Shown: positions 22,314-31,999, numbered from the stretch's first letter. The stretch is 32,000 bases of DNA from Pseudidiomarina andamanensis (GCF_009734345.1 NZ_CP032551.1:2220001-2252000); one strand, 5' to 3'. A program made the numbers and translations. The notes: generated by a model not told the origin, from the sequence alone.

Positions 22314-23054
22314 GTGGCGGCAATCCGCTGGCAGTTTTGGCTGGGATTCGGCTTTTTTCTCAGCGTCGTCATCGGAGCCATAGCGGGAGTCGCGTGGTTG
22401 TATTACCTCGCCATGGATGCCAACGAAGTACCGTTGAAGCGGTTAGTGGTACAGGGCGAGTTGAAGTATTTAGAGCGCACACAGGTACGCGATGCGCTAG
22501 CAGGAGAAGAACTGGGTAGTTTTTTCTCGGCGGATGTGAATGTGATTCGCGAGCGCCTTGAAGCCGAGCCATGGATTGAACAAGCGTCGGTGCGTAAAGA
22601 GTGGCCAGATATATTAAAGGTGTACTTGGTTGAGCAGAATCCGCTCGGCCATTGGAATGAAAATAGCCGTCCGAATGCTTTAGTCAGTGCAACGGGCGAA
22701 GTGTTTGAAGTCGACAAATCGGTAATTGACGAACTATTACCCAAATTGTTTGGCCCAGAACACGCAGTAAAAGAAACCGTGGAGCAGTATCAGCAAGTGA
22801 GTGAACTGCTTCAAATTAATGGCCATCAAGTGGTGGCGCTAACGCTCACAGAGCGTTTTGCAGTGGATGTTGAGTTGCTATCTGGCATTCGTCTGCGCTT
22901 AGGCCGCGAAGGCTTACTAGAACGGGTACAGCGATTTATAGAGGTGTTCCCGACCATAGTTCGCCATAAAACGCAGCCAATAGATTATGTCGATTTACGT
23001 TATGACACCGGCGTTGCGGTGGCGTGGAAAGAAGAAGAACAAGAGAGAAAGTAG
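22314..23054 (+). CDS. ftsQ: cell division protein FtsQ
   Basis: 246 aa, with an N-terminal TM segment followed by a POTRA-like region ('VVQGELKYLERTQVRDAL'). GTG start 1 nt after the ddl stop, with the SD GAGGTG upstream. Canonical position. Confidence 0.88.
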   Translation: MAAIRWQFWLGFGFFLSVVIGAIAGVAWLYYLAMDANEVPLKRLVVQGELKYLERTQVRDALAGEELGSFFSADVNVIRERLEAEPWIEQASVRKEWPDILKVYLVEQNPLGHWNENSRPNALVSATGEVFEVDKSVIDELLPKLFGPEHAVKETVEQYQQVSELLQINGHQVVALTLTERFAVDVELLSGIRLRLGREGLLERVQRFIEVFPTIVRHKTQPIDYVDLRYDTGVAVAWKEEEQERK

Positions 23055-23055
23055 C

Positions 23056-24288
23056 ATGTCGAAAGCAGCAGAACGGAACATGGTAGTAGGGCTAGACATC
23101 GGCACCAGCAAAGTGGTGACGCTGATTGGTGAAGTCATGCCCGACGGTGACATCAGCGTGATAGGCGTTGGTGCTGCAGCTGCGCGTGGCATGGATAAAG
23201 GCGGTGTGAACGACTTGAACCTGGTGGTTCAGTCTATTCAACGCGCGGTTGAAGAAGCTGAACTGATGGCTGACTGTCGTATTGCCTCGGTTTACTTAAA
23301 TATCTCAGGCCGTCACATTGCGTGTCAGAATGAATCAGGCATGGTGCCGATTAACGAAGCAGAAGTAACGCAAGACGACGTCGATAGCGTGATACACGCC
23401 GCGAAATCAGTGCCGATTGCGCAAGAGCGTCGCATTCTTCATGTTCTGCCACAAGAATTTATTATCGACTCGCAAGAGAGCATTAAGAGTCCAATTGGCA
23501 TGTCTGGTGTACGTATGGAAGCGCAGGTTCACATTATTACCTGTGCGAACGACATGGCGAAGAACATCGAAAAAGCGGTCGAACGTTGCGGGTTAAGTGT
23601 TGACCGTCTGATCTTTTCAGCGCTTGCCTCAAGCTACGCAGTGCTGACTGACGACGAGAAAGACTTAGGCGTGGCGTTAGTTGATATGGGTGCTGGCACC
23701 ATTGATATCAATATTTATACGGGTGGTGTGTTACGTCACACTGCAGTCATTCCTGCGGCAGGTAATCAGGTAACCAGCGACATCGCGAAAATATTCCGTA
23801 CACCGCTGAATCACGCCGAAGAAATTAAAACCAAGTACGCCTGCGCATTGCGCGAGCTGGTTGGTAAAGATGACCATATTGAAGTGCCTTCAGTAGGCGG
23901 ACGTCCGTCACGCAGTATGGAGCGCCATATTTTGGCTGAAGTGGTTGAGCCACGTTATCAAGAGCTGTTTGAGCTCATTCGTGACCAAATCACGCAAAGC
24001 GGTTTAGAAGATCAAATTGCGGCAGGTATTGTGATGACCGGTGGCTGCGGCCGCATGGAAGGCGCGATTGAATTTGCCGAAGAAATATTTCAAATGCCAG
24101 TGCGCTTAGGTGAGCCACTTGGTATGCACGGCTTGAGCGATTACGTACAAGATCCAACCTACGCGACAGCGGTTGGTTTGTTACGTTATGGCCAACAAGA
24201 TGTCCAAAATCGTCAAACTGAAGCTAGTTCAACGAACGTTATAGGAATGGGGAAACGTTTGCTGAGCTGGTTTAAGGGCGAGTTTTAA
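23056..24288 (+). CDS. ftsA: cell division protein FtsA
   Basis: Actin-like fold with 'VVGLDIGTSKV' and 'VDMGAGTIDI', plus a C-terminal amphipathic helix 'GKRLLSWFKGEF'. Trimmed from the ORF-track start at 22987. Confidence 0.95.
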   Translation: MSKAAERNMVVGLDIGTSKVVTLIGEVMPDGDISVIGVGAAAARGMDKGGVNDLNLVVQSIQRAVEEAELMADCRIASVYLNISGRHIACQNESGMVPINEAEVTQDDVDSVIHAAKSVPIAQERRILHVLPQEFIIDSQESIKSPIGMSGVRMEAQVHIITCANDMAKNIEKAVERCGLSVDRLIFSALASSYAVLTDDEKDLGVALVDMGAGTIDINIYTGGVLRHTAVIPAAGNQVTSDIAKIFRTPLNHAEEIKTKYACALRELVGKDDHIEVPSVGGRPSRSMERHILAEVVEPRYQELFELIRDQITQSGLEDQIAAGIVMTGGCGRMEGAIEFAEEIFQMPVRLGEPLGMHGLSDYVQDPTYATAVGLLRYGQQDVQNRQTEASSTNVIGMGKRLLSWFKGEF

Positions 24289-24352
24289 TAAAAACAACAT
24301 TTTGGATATGAATTTAGGGGTAGTACAATAAGCAGGTTAAAGGAGAATTAAC

Positions 24353-25579
24353 ATGTCAGAAGAAGTGTTTGAAGTACTCAACAACTTTGATACTGATGCG
24401 GTGATTAAAGTCATCGGCGTCGGTGGTGGCGGTGGCAACGCCGTGAAACACATGATCAATGAGTCCATTGAGGGCGTGCAATTTATTGTCGCTAATACCG
24501 ATGCGCAGGCGCTGCGTAATCACGGTGCTCATGTAACCATTCAACTCGGCAGCGACATCACCAAAGGACTCGGTGCTGGCGCCAACCCAGAAGTGGGGCG
24601 TCAAGCCGCTGAAGAAGCACGTGATGAAATTCGCAAGCAATTGCAAGGTGCCGATATGGTCTTTATCGCTGCCGGTATGGGCGGTGGTACGGGTACCGGT
24701 GCGGCACCAGTTGTCGCAGAAGTTGCGCGTGAACTCGGTATCTTGACGGTCGCGGTCGTTACCAAGCCATTCCCGTTCGAAGGTCAGCGCCGTATGGCTG
24801 CTGCGAAAGAGGGCATTGAGCAGCTTGGTCGTCACGTTGACTCGTTGATTACCATTCCGAACGAAAAACTTTTGAAAGTTTTAGGTAAAGGTACCAGCTT
24901 GCTTGATGCATTCGGCAAGGCAAACGACGTATTATTGGGCGCGGTACAAGGCATCTCCGACTTAATCACCCGTGACGGTTTAATCAACGTCGACTTTGCT
25001 GACGTTCGTGCAGTTATGCGCGAGATGGGCACAGCGATGATGGGTACCGGTGTGGCACGTGGTGAAGACCGTGCGCAGGAAGCTGCCGAGATGGCGATCA
25101 ACAGCCCGCTCCTCGAAGATATCGATCTTTCTGGTGCACGTGGCGTGTTGTTGAACATCACCGCTGGTATGGACTTGAGCATGGAAGAGTTCGAGATTGT
25201 CGGTAACGTGGTCAAAGGCTTCGTGTCTGAGAACGCTACCGTTATCGTTGGTACCGTTATCGATATGGATATGTCGGAAGAATTGCGCGTTACTGTCGTT
25301 GCTACCGGTATTGGTGGCGAACGAAAGCCTGATATTTCGTTGGTTAATCGTCGCGAACCAGCGTCAAGTTATGGTAACCGTACTTCAAGCGGTAGCCCAG
25401 CTGCTGGTAATAATTACAGCAACACGGCAACGGCACGCCAGCTGGAGCCAGAAGTAGATGAAGAGCCAATGGAGGCAGAGCCGGTGGCATCGAAGCCAGC
25501 GTCAAAACCTCAGGCAAATCAAGGCAAAGATATGGATTATCTCGACATCCCGGCATTTTTACGCCGTCAAGTCGATTAG
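24353..25579 (+). CDS. ftsZ: cell division GTPase FtsZ
   Basis: Tubulin signature '[13 protein letters not shown]', 'NTDAQAL', a disordered linker and the conserved C-terminal peptide '[12 protein letters not shown]'. The SD AAAGGAGA lies upstream. Confidence 0.98.
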   Translation: MSEEVFEVLNNFDTDAVIKVIGVGGGGGNAVKHMINESIEGVQFIVANTDAQALRNHGAHVTIQLGSDITKGLGAGANPEVGRQAAEEARDEIRKQLQGADMVFIAAGMGGGTGTGAAPVVAEVARELGILTVAVVTKPFPFEGQRRMAAAKEGIEQLGRHVDSLITIPNEKLLKVLGKGTSLLDAFGKANDVLLGAVQGISDLITRDGLINVDFADVRAVMREMGTAMMGTGVARGEDRAQEAAEMAINSPLLEDIDLSGARGVLLNITAGMDLSMEEFEIVGNVVKGFVSENATVIVGTVIDMDMSEELRVTVVATGIGGERKPDISLVNRREPASSYGNRTSSGSPAAGNNYSNTATARQLEPEVDEEPMEAEPVASKPASKPQANQGKDMDYLDIPAFLRRQVD

Positions 25580-25583
25580 GAAC

Positions 25584-25650
25584 GTAGTTTTCTTGCGGAT
25601 TTTTAGATAATCCGGTAAACTACTGCGCCTTTTGCTAGTCAAAGGACTAG
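25584..25650 (+). other. two stem-loops in the ftsZ-lpxC spacer (possible attenuator or processing structures)
   Basis: Composite hairpin: GTAGTTT (25584-25590) pairs with AAACTAC (25617-25623), enclosing CGGATT (25596-25601) paired with AATCCG (25609-25614). A second hairpin pairs CTAGTC (25635-25640) with GACTAG (25645-25650) across an AAAG loop. Neither is followed directly by a U-run. Confidence 0.25.
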
Positions 25651-25688
25651 ACGCTTCTTAACTTTTTAGAAGAACGAGAAGAACAGAC

Positions 25689-26603
25689 ATGATTAAACAA
25701 CGTACAATCAAACAGCCAATTGCAACCACTGGTGTGGGCCTGCATAAAGGCAACAAGGTTCAGCTCACGCTGCGCCCAGCACCTGTGAATACAGGTCTGG
25801 TGTTTCGCCGTGTTGATTTGAACCCTGCGGTTGATATTCCTGCTAACGCTGAGTTAGTGCGGGATACGCGTATGTGTACCTGTCTGATTAACGATGACAA
25901 TGTGCGTGTATCTACCGTTGAGCATTTGCTTGCGGCAGTAGCGGCTATGGGCATCGATAACCTCGTTATAGAAGTGGATAGCCACGAAATCCCGATCATG
26001 GATGGAAGCTCTCACCCCTTTGTATACCTGCTACAGAGCGCGGGAATTGAAGAGCAAGGCGCAGCGAAAAAGTTTATCAAAATTAAACAGCCGGTTCGGG
26101 TTGAAGAAGGTGACAAGTGGGCGGAACTGCTACCCCATAACGGTTTCCGCATCGACTTTGCTATCGATTTCGACCACCCGGCAATTGACGACACGGGCCA
26201 AGTGCTGAGCATTGATTTCAGTAGCAGCAATTTCATTAAAGAAATCAGCCGCGCACGTACTTTTGGCTTTATGAAAGACATCGAAATGTTGCGTGCCAAC
26301 AACCTGGCACTCGGTGGCAGCTTCGATAACGCCGTGGTATTGGATGAATTCCGTATTCTCAATAGTGACGGCTTACGTTACGACGATGAGTTCGTTAAAC
26401 ATAAAATTCTCGACGCAATTGGTGACCTTTACATGGGTGGCTATGCGATTCTGGGCAACTTGCGCGCGTTCAAATCAGGTCACGCCCTGAATAATCAGTT
26501 GTTGCGCGCGGTTCTGCAGAATCAAGAGGCGTGGGAATTTGTGACGTTTGAAGACGAAGCTGAAGCAGCGCCAATCGCCTTCGCGAACCCATCCCTCGCG
26601 TAA
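25689..26603 (+). CDS. lpxC: UDP-3-O-acyl-N-acetylglucosamine deacetylase
   Basis: '[16 protein letters not shown]' and '[14 protein letters not shown]'. 304 aa, directly downstream of ftsZ as in most gammaproteobacteria. Confidence 0.96.
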   Translation: MIKQRTIKQPIATTGVGLHKGNKVQLTLRPAPVNTGLVFRRVDLNPAVDIPANAELVRDTRMCTCLINDDNVRVSTVEHLLAAVAAMGIDNLVIEVDSHEIPIMDGSSHPFVYLLQSAGIEEQGAAKKFIKIKQPVRVEEGDKWAELLPHNGFRIDFAIDFDHPAIDDTGQVLSIDFSSSNFIKEISRARTFGFMKDIEMLRANNLALGGSFDNAVVLDEFRILNSDGLRYDDEFVKHKILDAIGDLYMGGYAILGNLRAFKSGHALNNQLLRAVLQNQEAWEFVTFEDEAEAAPIAFANPSLA

Positions 26604-26747
26604 AACCGTTAGTCGTTATTCGTTATTGGTTGTTCGAAAAAGAAAAAACGAAAAACCAAAACCTGCATAAGGAAAAGTGCGCGAATCGTGAGCAAGGCTC
26701 TCAAACGTACCAAACTCACGAATAACGAATAACGAATAACGCTTTTA
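26601..26747. repeat. symmetric inverted-repeat element built from tandem heptamers, filling the lpxC/dciA convergent spacer
   Basis: The left arm at 26601-26627 is TAAAACCGTTAGTCGTTATTCGTTATT. The right arm at 26721-26747 is AATAACGAATAACGAATAACGCTTTTA. The arms are reverse-complementary at 25 of 27 positions. They consist of TCGTTAT/ATAACGA heptamers, and both stop codons lie inside them. Confidence 0.8.
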
Positions 26748-27221
26748 GGTTCTTTCGTATTTCTCCGCCAAGGCGAGCAATTGTGACCGCAACGGCTCCT
26801 CACACAACTCCGCCTGTTGACGCAATTTCGCCACCGTCTCATCATCATTTTTACTTGCGTTTTGAACGGGTTGCGATACTTTTTCGGCCGTTTGAGGTGA
26901 AGGCGTACCGATTTTTGGACGCACCTGCACGTCAAGACGAGAGATATGCCCCGTAGATTCATCTTGAAAATGCGTTATAATGCGGCTTTGCTGAAGTTTT
27001 ATGCGGCTTGCAAGTGCAGCTGATGAGACTTCGAGCACGAGGGTGTGCGCACGAACCGACACCACTTTACAGTGTGCCAACAGAGGCGACAGCTGCAGTG
27101 CAACAAAACATTGTTGCAATTGCTGTTGCCAGCGTTGGTATTGCTCTGTAAAGTCAGTAAAACGCTGTAAGCGCTGACCGCCAAACAGTTGTTGGATATC
27201 GCGAGGTCGTTTTCGAGCCAT
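26745..27221 (-). CDS. dciA: DUF721 / DciA-family protein (putative replicative helicase loader)
   Basis: 158 aa. The N-terminal region has the DUF721 pattern ('...LLAHCKVVSVRAHTLVLEVSSAALASRIKLQQSRIITHF') and is followed by a low-complexity tail. It sits between lpxC and the M23-peptidase/secA pair, which I recall as the typical position in Pseudomonas/Vibrio-type genomes. The family call is by eye. Confidence 0.65.
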   Translation of the reverse strand: MARKRPRDIQQLFGGQRLQRFTDFTEQYQRWQQQLQQCFVALQLSPLLAHCKVVSVRAHTLVLEVSSAALASRIKLQQSRIITHFQDESTGHISRLDVQVRPKIGTPSPQTAEKVSQPVQNASKNDDETVAKLRQQAELCEEPLRSQLLALAEKYERT

Positions 27222-27235
27222 GTTTGCGTGCCATT

Positions 27236-27247
27236 TAATTATAATTA
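27236..27247. promoter_or_regulatory. 12-bp perfect palindrome TAATTATAATTA presenting TATAAT on both strands in the dciA/M23 divergent spacer
   Basis: TATAAT lies on the + strand at 27240-27245 and on the - strand at 27243-27238. The spacer is only 41 bp, and no convincing -35 exists for either direction. Confidence 0.3.
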
Positions 27248-27262
27248 GCAGCGAGAGATTGC

Positions 27263-28195
27263 ATGAGTTTATCAGTCTTCTACCGAGGCACCAAAGTAAA
27301 ATTCAGCTTTGAGCTGAGCCGTCGACGTTTAATGTCGCTGGCCGGCCTTGCTGCGCTTGGCGTGCTTGCTGTAACGAAACCTTGGGAGTATCAGGGCTTA
27401 GACCCAGAAGCTGCCCGGGCGAAAATTACAGAAGAAAAAATCGCGTTAGCTGCACAAGAGCAAGCTGTACGCGAGCTTAAAGACGAAACCGAGAAAAAAC
27501 TCACCGCTATGACCATTTATTTAGGTGAAATGCAGTCGCAACTGCGTCGCCTTGATGCACTTGGTAAGCGATTAGCCTCAGTGGCCGATCTTGATAACGG
27601 TGAATTTGCGTTTGAGCAACCGCTGATCGAGATCATGGGTGGCCCAGAGGCCTCAGTAACCGATGCACCTAAAGTTGATGGCCGTGATGTTATCGACCAA
27701 ATCGAAGGCATGATGGGTGAGCTTGCCAGTAAACAAAAACAGCTGTCGCTACTTGAGTCTGTGATGATGAGTCACCATATCTCAGCAGAGAGCTATATTG
27801 CAGGTCGTCCTGTTGACTCAGGTTGGTTGTCATCACAGTACGGAATTCGTAAAGACCCATTTAACGGTCGTCCCGCAATGCATAAAGGTCTCGATTTCGC
27901 CAGTTTAGAAGAAGGCGCTGGTGTCTATGCTACTGGTGCTGGTGTTGTCACATGGGCTGGTGAGCGTTCAGGTTATGGTCAGTTGATTGAAATTGATCAC
28001 GGTGGCGGGTTAAAGACTCGCTATGGCCACAGCAAAGAATTATTGGTGAAAGAAGGTGATGTTGTCACTCGGGGGCAGAGAATTGCTCTTTTAGGTAGCA
28101 CCGGTCGCTCTACGGGGCCACATGTTCATTACGAAGTGCTACGCAACAATCGTCAAATTGACCCATACAAATATGTCTATCGTTCGGCCGATTAA
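27263..28195 (+). CDS. M23 family metallopeptidase (membrane-anchored, with a coiled-coil N-terminal region)
   Basis: N-terminal TM segment ('LMSLAGLAALGVLAV') and a coiled-coil segment. The LytM/M23 catalytic motifs are 'HKGLDFA' (HxxxD) and 'GPHVHYEV' (HxH). An alternative start is the ATG at 27332. Confidence 0.88.
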   Translation: MSLSVFYRGTKVKFSFELSRRRLMSLAGLAALGVLAVTKPWEYQGLDPEAARAKITEEKIALAAQEQAVRELKDETEKKLTAMTIYLGEMQSQLRRLDALGKRLASVADLDNGEFAFEQPLIEIMGGPEASVTDAPKVDGRDVIDQIEGMMGELASKQKQLSLLESVMMSHHISAESYIAGRPVDSGWLSSQYGIRKDPFNGRPAMHKGLDFASLEEGAGVYATGAGVVTWAGERSGYGQLIEIDHGGGLKTRYGHSKELLVKEGDVVTRGQRIALLGSTGRSTGPHVHYEVLRNNRQIDPYKYVYRSAD

Positions 28196-28231
28196 GGCCG
28201 TTCGATTGTTACAACAGGAACATAGATTCAC

Positions 28232-30928
28232 ATGTTAGGTAGTTTATTCCGCAAGGTATTTGGTAGCCGCAACGATCGTATTCTCAAGGGTTTGCAAAAG
28301 AAAGTTCAGCAAATCAACGCAATTGAACCTGAATTTGAAGCGCTTAGCGACGAAGAACTTAAACAAAAAACCGTCGAATTTAAGCAGCGCATCGAACAAG
28401 GCGAAAAACTCGATGACTTATTAGTTGAAGCCTTTGCGACGGTGCGTGAAGCATCGAAGCGCGTCTTCAAAATGCGTCATTTCGATGTGCAGCTAGTTGG
28501 CGCGATGATCTTAAACGACAACCGTATTGCTGAAATGCGCACCGGTGAGGGTAAAACCTTAACGGCAACGTTGTCAGCGTATTTGAACGCATTAAGCGGC
28601 AAGGGCGTACACATTGTAACCGTAAACGATTACTTAGCCCGTCGTGATGCCGAAACCAACCGTCCGTTGTTCGAATTCTTAGGGTTAACCGTAGCGTTCA
28701 ACATTCCTGGTATGAACCCAACCGATAAACGTGCTGCTTATGCGGCCGATATCACCTACGGTACCAACAACGAATTCGGTTTTGATTACCTTCGTGACAA
28801 CATGGCGTTTAGCCCGCAAGAGCGTGTTCAGCGTGACTTGAACTATGCGATTGTGGATGAAGTTGACTCGATTTTGATTGATGAAGCGCGTACGCCGTTA
28901 ATCATCTCTGGTGCAGCAGAAGATAGTTCTGATATGTACATCAAGATGAACGAGATTGTTCCGTTGCTTGAACGTCAAGAAAAAGAAGATACTGAAGAAG
29001 AGCGCGGCGAAGGCGATTTCACTATCGATGAAAAATCGAAGCAAGTGCACATGACCGAACACGGTCAAGAGCACGTTGAAGAGATTCTGAAAGAGCGCGG
29101 TATGTTGGCTGAAGACGATTCATTGTTCTCAGCAGCAAATATTACGTTGCTTCACCACGTTAACGCAGCACTGCGTGCACACCATTTATTCCAAAAAGAC
29201 GTCGACTATATCGTCAAAGATGATCAGATTGTGATTGTTGACGAACATACGGGGCGTACAATGGAAGGCCGCCGTTGGTCTGAAGGCTTACACCAGGCCA
29301 TTGAAGCCAAAGAAGGCGTGAAAATTCAGAACGAAAATCAGACGTTGGCGTCAATTACGTTCCAGAACTACTTCCGCTTATACACGAAGCTAGCCGGTAT
29401 GACCGGTACAGCAGACACTGAAGCATTCGAATTCCAGTCTATTTACGGCCTAGAAACGGTAGTTATTCCAACCAACCGTCCGATGATTCGTGATGACCGT
29501 GCAGATTTGATTTTCATTAGCGCGGAAGAAAAATACGAAGCCATTGTGGCTGATATTGAAGAATGCCGCACTGCTAAGCGTCCAGTTTTAGTGGGTACTA
29601 TCTCAATTGAAAGTTCTGAATTATTGTCAAAACTTTTGAAGAAGAAAAAGATTCCACACAACGTATTGAACGCGAAGTTCCACGCTCGTGAAGCGGAAAT
29701 TGTGGCGCAAGCAGGTTTACCAGGTGCAGTGACAATTGCCACCAACATGGCTGGTCGTGGTACCGATATTGTGTTGGGCGGTAATTTACAAACTGAAATT
29801 GCTGAAATGAAAGATCCGACACCTGAGAAAATTGAGAAGGTGAAAGAGGAATGGCAGAAGCGCCATGATGCCGTTATTGAATCAGGTGGCTTACACATTA
29901 TTGGTACTGAGCGTCACGAGTCGCGCCGTATCGATAACCAGCTGCGTGGTCGTTCAGGCCGTCAAGGTGACCCAGGTTCATCACGTTTTTATCTGTCGCT
30001 TGAAGATAGCTTGATGCGGATGTTTGCGTCTGAGCGTATGGCGACCATGATGAAGCGTCTCGGTATGAAACGCGGCGAAGCAATTGAGCACCCGTGGGTT
30101 AGCCGCGCAATTGAAAATGCGCAACGCAAAGTTGAAGGCCGTAACTTCGATATTCGTAAGCAATTGCTTGAATATGATGATGTTGCCAACGACCAACGTA
30201 AAGTGGTGTATGAACAACGCAACGAGCTGCTTGATGAAGGCGATATCTCAGAAACCATCGAAGCGATTCGTGCTGACGTCATTGACCGTGTGATTAGCGA
30301 GTACATTCCACCGCAATCACTTGTTGAATTGTGGGATCTTGAAGGTCTCGAAGAGCGCCTGCGTGCTGATTTCGCACTGCCATTGCCGATTCAGCAATGG
30401 TTGGAAGAAGACGACAAGCTTCACGAAGAAATCCTGCGTGAGCGTATTCTTGATGAGCTAGTAAAAGCTTATAAAGACAAAGAACAGATGGTTGGCGAGC
30501 AAGTGATTCGCCAGTTCGAGAAAACGATTATGCTGCAAAGCCTCGATATGCACTGGAAAGAGCATTTGGCGGCCATGGATCACTTGCGTCAAGGTATTCA
30601 TTTACGCGGCTATGCGCAGAAGAACCCGAAACAAGAGTACAAGCGTGAGGCATTCGAACTGTTCGCTGAAATGTTAGAAGCATTGAAGCTTGAAGTGGTA
30701 ACAATTCTGAGCAAAGTACGTGTTCGTGCGGAAGAAGATGTTGAAGCCGTTGAAGCGAAACGTCGCGCCGCCGAAGCTGCACAGCAAAAAGAATACCAAC
30801 ACGAAGGCGCTGCCACCAGCGGCACTGAGCCATCGCCAGAGCAAGCTGCGGCTGCTCAGGTTGGTCGCAACGACCCATGCCCATGCGGTTCTGGAAAGAA
30901 ATTTAAACAGTGTCATGGCAAAATCTAA
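28232..30928 (+). CDS. secA: preprotein translocase ATPase SecA
   Basis: '[13 protein letters not shown]' (Walker A), '[20 protein letters not shown]', and the C-terminal zinc-binding '[14 protein letters not shown]'. 898 aa. Confidence 0.98.
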   Translation: MLGSLFRKVFGSRNDRILKGLQKKVQQINAIEPEFEALSDEELKQKTVEFKQRIEQGEKLDDLLVEAFATVREASKRVFKMRHFDVQLVGAMILNDNRIAEMRTGEGKTLTATLSAYLNALSGKGVHIVTVNDYLARRDAETNRPLFEFLGLTVAFNIPGMNPTDKRAAYAADITYGTNNEFGFDYLRDNMAFSPQERVQRDLNYAIVDEVDSILIDEARTPLIISGAAEDSSDMYIKMNEIVPLLERQEKEDTEEERGEGDFTIDEKSKQVHMTEHGQEHVEEILKERGMLAEDDSLFSAANITLLHHVNAALRAHHLFQKDVDYIVKDDQIVIVDEHTGRTMEGRRWSEGLHQAIEAKEGVKIQNENQTLASITFQNYFRLYTKLAGMTGTADTEAFEFQSIYGLETVVIPTNRPMIRDDRADLIFISAEEKYEAIVADIEECRTAKRPVLVGTISIESSELLSKLLKKKKIPHNVLNAKFHAREAEIVAQAGLPGAVTIATNMAGRGTDIVLGGNLQTEIAEMKDPTPEKIEKVKEEWQKRHDAVIESGGLHIIGTERHESRRIDNQLRGRSGRQGDPGSSRFYLSLEDSLMRMFASERMATMMKRLGMKRGEAIEHPWVSRAIENAQRKVEGRNFDIRKQLLEYDDVANDQRKVVYEQRNELLDEGDISETIEAIRADVIDRVISEYIPPQSLVELWDLEGLEERLRADFALPLPIQQWLEEDDKLHEEILRERILDELVKAYKDKEQMVGEQVIRQFEKTIMLQSLDMHWKEHLAAMDHLRQGIHLRGYAQKNPKQEYKREAFELFAEMLEALKLEVVTILSKVRVRAEEDVEAVEAKRRAAEAAQQKEYQHEGAATSGTEPSPEQAAAAQVGRNDPCPCGSGKKFKQCHGKI

Positions 30929-31322
30929 ACGCGTACACGTTGCCGTTGGGGTGATTCAAAACCCCGACGGCGATGTGTTTATTAGTCGTCGTCACGCCCA
31001 TCTTCATCAGGGCAACAAATGGGAATTTCCTGGCGGTAAAGTTGAAGCCGACGAGGATGTCTACCAAGCGTTGTGCCGTGAACTTTTCGAAGAATGCAAC
31101 ATTACGGTACAAGCCGCTGCACCATTCACCGCGATTAGCTTTGATTATCCTGACAAACAGGTGTTGTTAGACGTTTGGGTGGTCACTGAATTTGATGGAG
31201 CGGTACGTCAGCAAGAAGGGCAAGAATGGGCGTGGGTGCCTTTGCATCAACTTGATGCCTATCCGTTTCCTGAAGCCAACCAACCGATTATTGAACGGTT
31301 ACAAGCGCAAACCGCGCGTTAA
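30915..31322 (+). CDS. mutT: 8-oxo-dGTP diphosphatase (Nudix hydrolase MutT)
   Basis: 135 aa with the Nudix box '[24 protein letters not shown]'. It lies immediately after secA, as in E. coli. The ATG at 30915 overlaps secA by 14 nt. Trimmed from the ORF-track start at 30720. Confidence 0.88.
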   Translation: MAKSKRVHVAVGVIQNPDGDVFISRRHAHLHQGNKWEFPGGKVEADEDVYQALCRELFEECNITVQAAAPFTAISFDYPDKQVLLDVWVVTEFDGAVRQQEGQEWAWVPLHQLDAYPFPEANQPIIERLQAQTAR

Positions 31323-31327
31323 ATTGA

Positions 31328-31999
31328 TTACGGGCAGAGTGCTAATTCGAATTCGACTTCTTCGTCGACTGAAGCTTTGCCGTTAATTGGCTCGTAGCGT
31401 AAAAAGCGAATACTGAAACGCTGTTTGTGACCAGAAATTACCGGGTAAGCGGGCAAATCGGCCGGCACACGAATACGTAATAAGCTAAGAGGTTCGGTGC
31501 TTTCTTGCAACAGACCATTTGGCGCGCTCACTGGCTGATAACGTGCCTGACCGCGCATGAGTTCTAACTCCAACAAGAGCCCATTTACCAGAATCTCCAG
31601 CTCAGACCACCAACGTGCGGTATCCGCATCGCGGATTTGCTGCGGTTGATGCAACCAAAAGTGCAATTGCGGCACATCGAAGTTACAGGTGCCACCAGGC
31701 ATCGCAAAGCGCTGACGAATTGCACTTAACAAGCGATCTTGCTTTAAGTTACTACCCACTCGGTTAATCGGTTGAATTGCCTGCAGCGCTTGATCGACGT
31801 GATTTAATGTTTGCTCTAAAGAATCTTGATTGACATCTGGGTGTTGAGCCCAAACTTTAAGCTGTGCCTTACGACGTTCGAGATCTTTTTGTACATCCGT
31901 ACGCACATCACTACGTTCACAAAGATCAAGAATCGAAAACAACGCACTAAAATATCGGGTGTAGTTCTGCAGCGTAACCGGCGTGTCAGGTTGCAACGC
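31328..31999 (-). CDS. zapD: cell division protein ZapD (FtsZ-associated), with about 25-30 N-terminal residues outside the window
   Basis: Colinear with E. coli ZapD/YacF: 'FDVPQLHFWLHQP' (E. coli FDLPTLHIWLHLP), 'ISGHKQRFSIRF' (ISGHKSRFAIRF) and the C-terminal 'FELALCP'. The frame is open to the window edge. Confidence 0.88.
   Translation of the reverse strand, partial: ALQPDTPVTLQNYTRYFSALFSILDLCERSDVRTDVQKDLERRKAQLKVWAQHPDVNQDSLEQTLNHVDQALQAIQPINRVGSNLKQDRLLSAIRQRFAMPGGTCNFDVPQLHFWLHQPQQIRDADTARWWSELEILVNGLLLELELMRGQARYQPVSAPNGLLQESTEPLSLLRIRVPADLPAYPVISGHKQRFSIRFLRYEPINGKASVDEEVEFELALCP

Noticed and set aside
24356-25215. Two long antisense ORFs (159 aa and 127 aa) opposite ftsZ
   Set aside because: They lie entirely inside the highly conserved ftsZ CDS. 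Gly/Ala/Val-rich (GNN) coding sequence commonly leaves the opposite strand free of stops. They have no SD or promoter context, and their composition is low-complexity.
26609-26962. 117-aa minus-strand ORF spanning the lpxC/dciA spacer and the dciA 3' end
   Set aside because: It overlaps dciA out of frame. Its C-terminal part is a translation of the heptamer and A-tract repeat element (FRFFFFEQ..). It is Arg/Cys-rich and implausible as a protein.
28184-28231. Small hairpin CGGCC-GATTAA-GGCCG spanning the M23 peptidase stop codon, considered as an attenuator or secM-like control upstream of secA
   Set aside because: The stem is only 5 bp with no U-run. No secM-like leader ORF exists in the 36-bp spacer, and absence of secM is normal outside the Enterobacterales.
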